Shown: positions 32,237 to 40,678 of the stretch, piece after piece
Layout of the letters: every line of letters starts with the position of its first letter
Numbering within the stretch: the first letter of the stretch is position 1
Origin: a virus
DNA length: 64,000 bases
IMG/VR virus record: IMGVR_UViG_3300009788_000007
Coordinates: 1-64,000 of that record
Strand: one strand, 5' to 3'
Translations under genes and position numbers: made by a program
Notes under the pieces: generated by a model
What the model saw: the letters and a program-made list of their open reading frames with translations, nothing else
Database searches by the model: none
What the model was told of the DNA's origin: nothing

Positions 32237-34848
32237 GCGTTAGCCAATCCTGCTTGTAAGTCACCTAAAATTTGAGATCGTGACTGTTTAAAACTATTAG
32301 CATCAGTAGCGTTTACTGTAAAATTAATATTATTGTTAACTGTAGTACCCCCACCACCATCGGATGATACCCCAAGTTTACCATTCTTACGTTTGAGTGG
32401 TAGGATAGCTTCAGGGCCTACTTCAGACATAGATGAAAGTTTTCCGTTCGCCTGATTAAACAATGTTGGAGTATTTACAACACCCCCATTTTGAAATTGT
32501 TGGATATTACCTTGATTAAAAACATTACCGTTCGCACTTTGAAAATTCGTACCCGCACTACTAAATGTTTGTGTTTGTGCTCCTGCAGACTGTAAAGCTT
32601 CTGCATTAGTTTGTGTACCTCCAGAGAACCCTGCACTAATACCAGTTGTGATTGCTTGTGCAATAGCTTGTTTCGCTATCTGCTGTGTAATCTGTCTACC
32701 TGTTTCATTTAAAACTTCTCGTAAACTTTTTGCCTGGAATAACGCTGTAGTCAAACCATCGGCAATACCGCTACCGATAATTTGCCCGGTTTTTTCCATC
32801 TGGCCCATAGTTTCATTTGCATCTTTTAATTTTTTAAGAACTTCATCTAAACCATTATTTGTTTTTTCTATAGAATCAGGTATTTTTCCTGCTGAATTAG
32901 CCATTTTATCAAAACTAATAGCAACATCAAAAGATGCCTTACTAGTTAAATCTAAACCTAAATTGAGTTCATTGATTCCTGTGATAAGTTCTTTAACAGA
33001 TTTTTTTGCAGCTTTAAATATGTCACCTTTACTTTGCTTTTTACCAAACTCTTTTTGTATTCTTAAAAATTCTTCATTAGCATTTTTTCTTATAGCATTT
33101 AGTCTTACTCCAGATTCTAAAGCATCTGCTATGATTTCAGCATTGGCTTTTTTCTCAGCATCCACAATATCTTTTAGAGAATCTTTAAGTACCTGATTAG
33201 CTTTGTCATCAACAAACTTCCTAGCTAAACTAACATCTAAGTTTTTATTAAAAAAAGAAGCTACATCTAAGATACCATTTTCTATAAATCTCTCTGCTTC
33301 AGACCACGCAATTTTAAAACCACTAGTAAACGTCACCCAAATTTTAGTTAATTGTGACACGCCAGTATTCCAACCAAACCTAATACGCTCAACAATATTT
33401 AAAAAGAATTCAGCAAAAGCAGCTGCGGCTTCTTGGGCTATTTTAAATTCATTAAATAATGTTTTACCTATAACTATACCTGCAGCTAAAGCAACGAGGC
33501 TAGCAAATATAGTTAATAAAGGTGCTGTAGATATAGCAGCTGCTGCAGAGCCTTTAGCCAGTGCAAACATAGCCTTACTCATTCCAATAATTACCGCAGT
33601 AAATTTAAATGCAATAATAGCCCCTATAAAAATACTTATTGCCTTTAATGTTGCGGCAACAGCCGCAGCCCTTTGTGCCGTACCTGATAAACTATCCTGC
33701 AAACCTAACAAAAATCTTATGCCATCAGTTACGGCTTCCACCATATTTTTTAAACTACCCGCCGCCCCTGAATCACCGATAGATAAAATAAATTCTTCAG
33801 TTGCAGAGATAAGAGATTTAAACGCACCGCCTAAAGTATCAGCCATTACTCTAGCCTGTTCTTCTGCCGCACCTCTATTTTCTTTTTGGGCTTCTGTGAG
33901 TTCATCAACTCTGTTTGCAGCTTCACCGATAATAAGAGCAGCACCTGCAAATCTAGTATTAAAAACATTAGCCGCCCTGGGTAAGTCTGCGCCTGCCGCA
34001 ACAAATCTTCTTAATATTTCTGTGGCGGATACCCCTTGCTTATTAAATTCATCAAGGTCTAGACCTAAAGACCTAAAAGCTTTTCTAGCTTTTACTGATG
34101 GGTTTTCTAAACTAAGTAATATACCACGTAGGGCAACGCCAGCTTTACTACCTTGAATACCAGAATCACCAAGTACACCTAACTGTGATGCAGTTTCTTC
34201 TAAGCTTTGCCCGGCAGCCTTGGCAATAGGGGCCACATCTACAAATGCTTGCGCGAGTTGTGCAACACTTGTGTTTGCTCTATTGGATACGTTAACTAAA
34301 GAATCGACCACACGTGAAGTTTCTTTTGCTTCTAAGCCAAACCCGCTTAAGATGTTACTAGCCACATCTGCAGCCTCGCCTAGTTCAATGGCTCCCGTAG
34401 TGGCTAGATCTAAAGTAGCTGGTAAAGCGGCTATGGCTTCTTCAGTCTCAAATCCCGCCCTAGCTAAGAACAGGAGCCCATCAGCAGCCTCTGTAGCACT
34501 AAAACGTGTTGTGGCCCCTAGTTTCCTCGCAGTTACTTCAAGGGCTTCCAGTTGATCTCCAGTAGCCCCTGCCACAGCACCAAGTGTCACCATCGATTGC
34601 TCAAAATCCGCTATGGTCCTGATAGCATCTTTTGCCGCAGCCACTGCAGCAAGTACAGTAACAAATTGACCTAATGAGCTTGTTACAGACTTGGTTGATT
34701 TTTCAAGCTCTTTGTTCTTCTTATCGAATTTATCCAGCTCACCACGGGCACCTTTTGCACCTGTTTTTAATTTCTTAAAAGCTCTATCGGCTTTTGAGGC
34801 CCCTGTAGTGGCTGGTCGTGCATCAATGGCAACACTTAGTACTGGCAT
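32233..34848 (-). CDS. tail tape measure protein (TP901-family core)
   Basis: FEQSM..LGAV.GAT...L...ARKLGATTRFSATEAA...LARAG; Ala-rich helical; C-terminal FQNGGVV...EVGPEAILPL. Confidence 0.95.
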   Translation of the reverse strand: MPVLSVAIDARPATTGASKADRAFKKLKTGAKGARGELDKFDKKNKELEKSTKSVTSSLGQFVTVLAAVAAAKDAIRTIADFEQSMVTLGAVAGATGDQLEALEVTARKLGATTRFSATEAADGLLFLARAGFETEEAIAALPATLDLATTGAIELGEAADVASNILSGFGLEAKETSRVVDSLVNVSNRANTSVAQLAQAFVDVAPIAKAAGQSLEETASQLGVLGDSGIQGSKAGVALRGILLSLENPSVKARKAFRSLGLDLDEFNKQGVSATEILRRFVAAGADLPRAANVFNTRFAGAALIIGEAANRVDELTEAQKENRGAAEEQARVMADTLGGAFKSLISATEEFILSIGDSGAAGSLKNMVEAVTDGIRFLLGLQDSLSGTAQRAAAVAATLKAISIFIGAIIAFKFTAVIIGMSKAMFALAKGSAAAAISTAPLLTIFASLVALAAGIVIGKTLFNEFKIAQEAAAAFAEFFLNIVERIRFGWNTGVSQLTKIWVTFTSGFKIAWSEAERFIENGILDVASFFNKNLDVSLARKFVDDKANQVLKDSLKDIVDAEKKANAEIIADALESGVRLNAIRKNANEEFLRIQKEFGKKQSKGDIFKAAKKSVKELITGINELNLGLDLTSKASFDVAISFDKMANSAGKIPDSIEKTNNGLDEVLKKLKDANETMGQMEKTGQIIGSGIADGLTTALFQAKSLREVLNETGRQITQQIAKQAIAQAITTGISAGFSGGTQTNAEALQSAGAQTQTFSSAGTNFQSANGNVFNQGNIQQFQNGGVVNTPTLFNQANGKLSSMSEVGPEAILPLKRKNGKLGVSSDGGGGTTVNNNINFTVNATDANSFKQSRSQILGDLQAGLANA

Positions 34849-34857
34849 ATCAAAACC

Positions 34858-35259
34858 TTATTTCTTCTTTGATGTAGATGGTAAAAGTCTGTCTGAATCA
34901 TTACCATCTTCATCTGTTTCAGATTTTTTTCTAATGTACTGGAGATATGAACTTTCAACTGATTGAAACATTTCCATAAGAGTGACACGGTCATCAAAAG
35001 TGTAGTCATTATCACAGTAGAAATTAATCCAGCTAACCGCCTCAGAGAATAGAATAGGGGTGATGCCTTCGGTGTGTGGTCGTATGTTGTGTAACATAGT
35101 CCACATTTCCCAAATGAAAAAAACATGTTCTTCAAGCTCTGGCTGTTTAAGGGCTGTAATTTCTTTACCCTTAGCTTTAAGCCTTTCATTATGTTTTTTA
35201 AGTTTGTTCGCATACTTACCCCATTCTAAATGCCATCTAAGGCGGTCAGTTAGTTTTTT
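34858..35259 (-). CDS. tail assembly chaperone -1 frameshift extension (gpGT-like)
   Basis: The -1 frame from the slippery site reads KLTDRLRWHLEWGKY... and is open into the MWTMLHNIRP ORF ending at 34858. Confidence 0.8.
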   Translation of the reverse strand, partial: KKLTDRLRWHLEWGKYANKLKKHNERLKAKGKEITALKQPELEEHVFFIWEMWTMLHNIRPHTEGITPILFSEAVSWINFYCDNDYTFDDRVTLMEMFQSVESSYLQYIRKKSETDEDGNDSDRLLPSTSKKK

Positions 35260-35681
35260 ACGTCTTCTTCTTGCCCTTCAACTTGGTAAGCTTCAAAATC
35301 ACCTGCATACTCAGTAATAATTTCTGCGAACTTATCCATTTCATTTAAGTATTTAAGTGCAACTGCTTCTGAATACAAAACATCAAAAACTTTTCCATCT
35401 TTGCCTATATCCTGTAGATGCTTCCAATCAAGTAGAACATGCTTTGCTGTGACTTTATTATTTAGTTCTTCTATAATCTCAACCTCACCAGCTTGTATGG
35501 CTATTCTGTTTTTTCTATAAAGCTTATTTCTGTACGCTTTTGCTTTAGGGTTATTGGAACGGGCTATAAGCAGTTCTAGCCCGTTATGGTCTTGCCAAAC
35601 TCCCTCAACATCTTTTGATTTGTCAGTACGTAAAGAGGCGATATTAAACCCCTTTACGTCTGTTTTGTTATCATCACTCAT
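35250..35681 (-). CDS. tail assembly chaperone (gpG-like)
   Basis: Between tail tube and TMP; EGVW...LLIARSNNP...LLDW..L; ends GTA AAA AAC TAA. Confidence 0.85.
   Translation of the reverse strand: MSDDNKTDVKGFNIASLRTDKSKDVEGVWQDHNGLELLIARSNNPKAKAYRNKLYRKNRIAIQAGEVEIIEELNNKVTAKHVLLDWKHLQDIGKDGKVFDVLYSEAVALKYLNEMDKFAEIITEYAGDFEAYQVEGQEEDVKN
35253..35259 (-). other. programmed -1 ribosomal frameshift site A AAA AAC
   Basis: XXXYYYZ heptamer immediately before the TAC stop codon; open -1 frame. Confidence 0.85.
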
Positions 35682-35713
35682 TTGTGATTTTCCTTTCTGG
35701 TAGGCTCATACTT

Positions 35714-35755
35714 TTTTACTTTTACTTTTACTTTTACTTTTACTTTTACTTTTAC
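35714..35755. repeat. (TTTTAC)7 perfect tandem repeat
   Basis: Seven exact copies directly after the tail tube stop codon. Confidence 0.95.
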
Positions 35756-38482
35756 TTAGCAGTCACCAACAATACCTGGGCCTGTGAACTTAGCTACACG
35801 TAAAGTAATGTCTTCACTTGGGCAGCGGACAGCGGTAAATTCCATGTCAGCAATGATGTCTGAGTTCTGGCCACCTGCAACTTTTTGACCTGAAGAGTAT
35901 TTAACTTTTGGTAAGTCGTAAACATAAACGTTACCCCCAGCGTCTGTAGCCAAGAATGCAATACTACTTGTTTCAAAATCCAGGTACCTTTGAATGATTC
36001 CAATGTTATTGAAATAACTTTGAAGAGTTCCAGTGATTGTCACAACACCAGCACCAATACTATCTGCACCAAGCACCCCAATTAATGGCCGTGCTCTTAA
36101 GTTATTTTCTACAGCCAGAGATAATTGGGTGGCTGCAAATAAAACACCATTTTCTAGAATAGCGTTTGTGTCTTCGATACCAGTCATAACCGGATTAGTT
36201 GAAAGTTCAAGTGCATCAACAGTACCTAGTGACACTATGTTACTTTGCTCATTTTTACCAATAAAACTAAATGACCCAGTGGCCACTGCTCCTGCAGCTA
36301 TCTCTAAAGACATAGTACTAACCACCATACCCTGGTATAAGTTAAATGCGCCGGGTACATCAGTAAACTCTTTCTCAATACTAAAGAAACTTGTAGTCAC
36401 ACCATTTGTAACTTCACTAAGTTGTTCAAACGTTGTCGTGTCACTGTTACCACTTCCTGCAGTAGTTGTACCTAGTGTCGCAGCATCAAAAAAGTTACTA
36501 CCAGACACAAATACTGAAGTAGTTACAATACTGTTTCCTCCAACACCTGCGAGGTCAGCTGTAATGATAGAATCATCAGTAGCAAAAGCACCAGCACCTG
36601 TAGTTGGGTGCTCAGTAGTTGCTAAAGAATAATCAGTACCTGGAGTACCTGTTAGGTTAATGGCTGCAACTGTGTTATTTTGAGCATCAGCAGCTGAAGC
36701 ACCTACATCAATAGCACCATCAAAATTAAGTATTGATGCGTCACTAACATATTGATAGGTTTTTGCATCAATAGTTATTGTGTCACCATCTACACCTGCT
36801 GTAGTTGTGCCAAGTGTTACAGCATCAAAAACGTTAGTACCTGCTGTAAAAGTTTGTGTAGTGCTCACAGAATCACCTAAAGTTCCAGGTAGTTTTGAAG
36901 TTAAGATTGCATCATCAACGATGAATGATGCAATACTTGCCTGCCCGTTAACTGTCATTGCAGCAGCATAGCCTACACCAGGAGTACCCGTAAGATTAAC
37001 AGCGTTTTCAATGTTGACTTTGCATTGTGCAAGTGTGATTGCATTTTCAATATTACCGTCAACATTAGTTAAGGTATCTTTAAAAGTGTAAGTTTTACTA
37101 CCTATGGTCATTGTATCCCCGTCAGTTGGGATAGTGTCTAAGGTAAGTGTACCCTGGGATTCTGTAGATGCTGTAGGTTGTACAGGCATAGTTAAAGTAC
37201 CTTGCGCCTGTACTCCGGTATCCTGTTCATCAACTACATCAGTAAACCCGCGTAAAACAGCTTTACCTGGAGTTACAGAAATAAGTTTAAAAAACCCATT
37301 ATTTTCTACATTCACCCAGTCTTTAGTATTGATCCATTTACCGACCACTAAACCTGCAGTAACCAAACCGTTACTCTCATCATTCAATGAGTTATCTGAA
37401 TCCAGCATGAAATAAGTTGAACCACTAACTATTACCGCAGTGTCAAACGGATCAGAAAACAAACCGCCTTCAATAAACTCTTCATGTGATTCATAAGACA
37501 GTTCTGTATTAATATCGCCTTCAGCTTGGATGTTTGTTCTAATCAAATCTGAAAGCTGTCTGTCATCACGAAGTTCTGCAGAGGCAGTGGTGTCTGTACT
37601 TTGAATAAGGCTCTCACTAGTTAGCCTTATCTCTTTCATTTGTATATCAGTACCCAGGGTGACATTACCCAAAGTGACAGCATCAAAAAAGTTACCTGCA
37701 TCAAAAAATGTTTCACTTAAGGGTATCGCATTTCCTGCAGTACCAAGATTATTTTTATCAGTCAATGTGGCAACATTCGCTACAAAACTAGTAGTGCTTA
37801 CATCAGGGTTTATTGTAGTAGCTGTTGAATATTGCGTACCAGCTACCCCTGTAAGATTAATTGCAGCGGCTGTGTTGTTTTGTGTGTCAGTAACTGTGGC
37901 ACCTATTTTAATTTCACCATCAATCAAGTTATCTAACGTATTTTTAAATGTGTACACCTTAGCATTAATAGTCATAGTGTCTGCAGTAGTACCACCCAAT
38001 AATGTAGCAGTTGAGAACCCATCGCCACCAGCAGTAAGACTACTGACTGTAGCAATACTATTACCTGCTGTACCTGCAGTTTGAGCCCGTACTACAGCCT
38101 CATTTACAACCAATGCCCCAAAGGCATCTATATCTACAGTAGGGTGTGCAGTCATTGACAAAGCATAATCAGTACCGGGGATACCTCCTGCAAGGTCAAC
38201 AGCATTTTCTAAGTTTAATTGTGCTTGTGCAAGTGACCCACCAATAGCGACATTACCATCAAAATCAGTAAGCGCTGTTTGAAAAGTATAAACTTTACCA
38301 TCAATTGTTACAGTGTCGGCATCAGTTGGCATAGTTGCAATAAGTAATACGTTTTGTGCTTTGGCCTCGCCTATAGGGTTTACAGCAATTGTCAAAGCAC
38401 CTTGTGCTGCCTGCGCAGTAGGTGGATTAGCAAAACCATTTTCCTTTAGGTAAGACACTTTAATTCTATCTGCATCAGACAT
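35756..38482 (-). CDS. major tail tube protein with four inserted repeat domains
   Basis: Tube core motifs (RLTSESL...SAELRDDRQ...EGDINTELSY; FSIEKEF; ENNLR...ITGTLQSYF) interrupted by repeated GDT.TI..K.YTF domains. Confidence 0.85.
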   Translation of the reverse strand: MSDADRIKVSYLKENGFANPPTAQAAQGALTIAVNPIGEAKAQNVLLIATMPTDADTVTIDGKVYTFQTALTDFDGNVAIGGSLAQAQLNLENAVDLAGGIPGTDYALSMTAHPTVDIDAFGALVVNEAVVRAQTAGTAGNSIATVSSLTAGGDGFSTATLLGGTTADTMTINAKVYTFKNTLDNLIDGEIKIGATVTDTQNNTAAAINLTGVAGTQYSTATTINPDVSTTSFVANVATLTDKNNLGTAGNAIPLSETFFDAGNFFDAVTLGNVTLGTDIQMKEIRLTSESLIQSTDTTASAELRDDRQLSDLIRTNIQAEGDINTELSYESHEEFIEGGLFSDPFDTAVIVSGSTYFMLDSDNSLNDESNGLVTAGLVVGKWINTKDWVNVENNGFFKLISVTPGKAVLRGFTDVVDEQDTGVQAQGTLTMPVQPTASTESQGTLTLDTIPTDGDTMTIGSKTYTFKDTLTNVDGNIENAITLAQCKVNIENAVNLTGTPGVGYAAAMTVNGQASIASFIVDDAILTSKLPGTLGDSVSTTQTFTAGTNVFDAVTLGTTTAGVDGDTITIDAKTYQYVSDASILNFDGAIDVGASAADAQNNTVAAINLTGTPGTDYSLATTEHPTTGAGAFATDDSIITADLAGVGGNSIVTTSVFVSGSNFFDAATLGTTTAGSGNSDTTTFEQLSEVTNGVTTSFFSIEKEFTDVPGAFNLYQGMVVSTMSLEIAAGAVATGSFSFIGKNEQSNIVSLGTVDALELSTNPVMTGIEDTNAILENGVLFAATQLSLAVENNLRARPLIGVLGADSIGAGVVTITGTLQSYFNNIGIIQRYLDFETSSIAFLATDAGGNVYVYDLPKVKYSSGQKVAGGQNSDIIADMEFTAVRCPSEDITLRVAKFTGPGIVGDC

Positions 38483-38495
38483 TTCTAAATCTCCT

Positions 38496-38930
38496 TTATA
38501 ATAAGTTGTCTTTAAAGAATGGGCAACTTATTTCAGTTTGCCATTCGGAACCTTTGCGCCCTAAGTTACGCACCACCGGGGTTTGAAATGTAACGCCCTG
38601 GAACGTTAACCCCCTAAAAGCGTTTACAATAGCATCAGCCACTTCCAAGTTTTCACCGTCTCCAGCTTGTATTGGGAAGTGAACCAACGCTATTGCAACA
38701 CCACGTACCCTGAAGCGTCTTTTGGCTGCACCAACATCTACCTGACGACTAGATTCCGGTGTAATCCTAAGACGCACCCAACCATTAACGCAATCGTCTG
38801 GCTGGGGATCAGGGGCATTGTCATACTGCACAAATATAGGTAAAGCATCTTCTATATCTGTACCGAATTTACAGCGGATAGTATTGAATATGTCTACATA
38901 CACAGTAGCCATTACAGTAACCCTACCCAT
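38496..38930 (-). CDS. tail terminator-like protein
   Basis: QYDNAP...WVRLRI....S.Q...G......R..G......FP...GDG....AD.I...FR...W...I.CPF. Confidence 0.75.
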   Translation of the reverse strand: MGRVTVMATVYVDIFNTIRCKFGTDIEDALPIFVQYDNAPDPQPDDCVNGWVRLRITPESSRQVDVGAAKRRFRVRGVAIALVHFPIQAGDGENLEVADAIVNAFRGLTFQGVTFQTPVVRNLGRKGSEWQTEISCPFFKDNLL

Positions 38931-39931
38931 TCTTTAGTGCCTGCATTATCTGCAAGCAGCACAATCATTGTTTCATCTTGCAGCAAGTTACCTAACTCAC
39001 CGCCTAACCCTATACCTTGTTCCGGTACAATTCTTAAAAGGTTTGAGCCACTATTTTCTAAATAGAAATATGGGCCTCCAGGTTCAAGGTCATCAACCAG
39101 CGGTAGGATTATTTCAAGATTTGGAATAACACCAGATGTCATACGCAATACTCGACCCATGGCTACTGATATACGGAAGTCTGCGATGATGCTAAAGTCT
39201 TTGCCACCACCATAAAAAAATTCAGATTCAGTAAAACTTTCATTACGAATTTCGACAATAGGGATACTTGCACTGGCTGCTTTAAATGCATTCCACGTGA
39301 TACTTAATAGTTTGTCAGCTTCAGTACTAAATCTGCAGGGCACATCAAATTCACCACCCCAGGTTAGCTGTACTCCTGTAGCAGGGGCAATAGTGAATGT
39401 TACTTTTCCTGTAGTCGTGTCAACTGAGAATCCAGCTGTTTGCAGCGTACCATCAAAGGCTATCTTTACAGTACCACTTCTGGGTTTGGTGATATTGCGT
39501 ATTTTGGTATTCAGACCATCCTGGTATCGCTTGATAAGTTGGAATTCTGTTTGAGAAGAATCACCCACACCAAATACCACATCTTCAGCATCTGGGAGCG
39601 CTGCCCCATCCCCAAAGGTAATATGGTTACTTGTTGTGGCGTAATCACCCCAATCTTTGAATCTGAAGGACCCCAGGGCCCCCTCACGGGCTAAATAGAA
39701 CTCCATTACAGCACTAAGGTCATCTTGATCCCGCACCCCGTAACGGGCGTTATATTGCCTCAGGGCATCCGTCCAACGTGCGGTACGATGTTCAGCACCT
39801 GAATCTGTGGTCACAATGGCCGTATTGTACCCAGGGCCACCCCTTGAACCAAAGCTTATATTATCAGGGAATAGTGGCTCATCAAAGCCTGCCTGAACAT
39901 CTAAATTAAATAGTGTTGACACCTGGGCCAT
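38912..39931 (-). CDS. DUF2460 (TIGR02217-like) distal tail protein with extra C-terminal domain
   Basis: FP.NISFGSRGGPGYNT.IV..DSG.E.R...W, FRFKDW.DY, FQL.K.Y, ITKP, FDVPCRF. Confidence 0.85.
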   Translation of the reverse strand: MAQVSTLFNLDVQAGFDEPLFPDNISFGSRGGPGYNTAIVTTDSGAEHRTARWTDALRQYNARYGVRDQDDLSAVMEFYLAREGALGSFRFKDWGDYATTSNHITFGDGAALPDAEDVVFGVGDSSQTEFQLIKRYQDGLNTKIRNITKPRSGTVKIAFDGTLQTAGFSVDTTTGKVTFTIAPATGVQLTWGGEFDVPCRFSTEADKLLSITWNAFKAASASIPIVEIRNESFTESEFFYGGGKDFSIIADFRISVAMGRVLRMTSGVIPNLEIILPLVDDLEPGGPYFYLENSGSNLLRIVPEQGIGLGGELGNLLQDETMIVLLADNAGTKEWVGLL

Positions 39932-40677
39932 TAGTTCCCATCCTCTGCAATAACTTTGATGTTCAAACTTCCTATGTCATCTGTGGCGGGTACCCCGCTA
40001 AATGTCCTGGTTGATGAATCGAACATAAGCCAGTTTGGTAGCGGGTCGCCATTCTCAAGTTCGGCTGTATAGGTCAGCGTGTCCCCATCGATATCTTCAA
40101 AAGCATCACTAGGAAATTGGAAATTAAAGGCTGTGTCAGCTGTAGCTATCTGGTCTGATATCCCTTGGTCTACAGTAGGGCCATCATTCACATTTATTAT
40201 TTCAAGTTGGAATGTGTCAGAAACAGTGCTACCTACATCATCTTCAGCAATAACTTTGATATCTAAAAAACCCACATCATCATTAGTAGGGGTACCTACA
40301 AATCTACGGGTGGCCCCTGTGAAAGTTATCCAGGCTGGAAGAGGTGAATCATCACCTTTTGTTGCAGTGTATGTTAACGGCTGCATTTCAGGATCTTCAA
40401 AAGTGTCTTCAGCAAAAATAAAATCCCATATTTCATCTTCTAAATTTTGTTGATCAGGGATAGGGTTAGCCACTATAGGCGGTTCATTTATTGTAAAATT
40501 TACGCCTTGTTGAAAACTGGCAAATTTCCTAGTTCTAAATGAGTAGTTTTCGTCTAATGCCCATACAGCCGGATTAGAGCTTGAGAATTTACGTGTACGT
40601 TTAGAATAGTTCTCATCTAAAGCCCACACTGCAGGGTTAGAACTTGAAAATTTCCTAGTGAACAAAAAGTTAGCCAT
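39931..40677 (-). CDS. virion protein with two dystroglycan-type cadherin-like (He_PIG) Ig domains
   Basis: Two copies of P.V...I.DQ......F.F.F....F.D.....LTYTA.......LP.W..F...TR.F.G.P...D.G...IKV.A.D. Confidence 0.85.
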   Translation of the reverse strand: MANFLFTRKFSSSNPAVWALDENYSKRTRKFSSSNPAVWALDENYSFRTRKFASFQQGVNFTINEPPIVANPIPDQQNLEDEIWDFIFAEDTFEDPEMQPLTYTATKGDDSPLPAWITFTGATRRFVGTPTNDDVGFLDIKVIAEDDVGSTVSDTFQLEIINVNDGPTVDQGISDQIATADTAFNFQFPSDAFEDIDGDTLTYTAELENGDPLPNWLMFDSSTRTFSGVPATDDIGSLNIKVIAEDGN

Positions 40678-40678
40678 T

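Noticed and set aside
32648-34555. Long plus-strand ORFs antisense to the tape measure gene (e.g. 33203-34156, 317 aa) and similar shadows over other structural genes
   Set aside because: No RBS or motifs and composition typical of antisense shadows. 33203-34156 is also in a different register from the codon-paired intein/endonuclease overlap. They do show that antisense ORF length alone is weak evidence.
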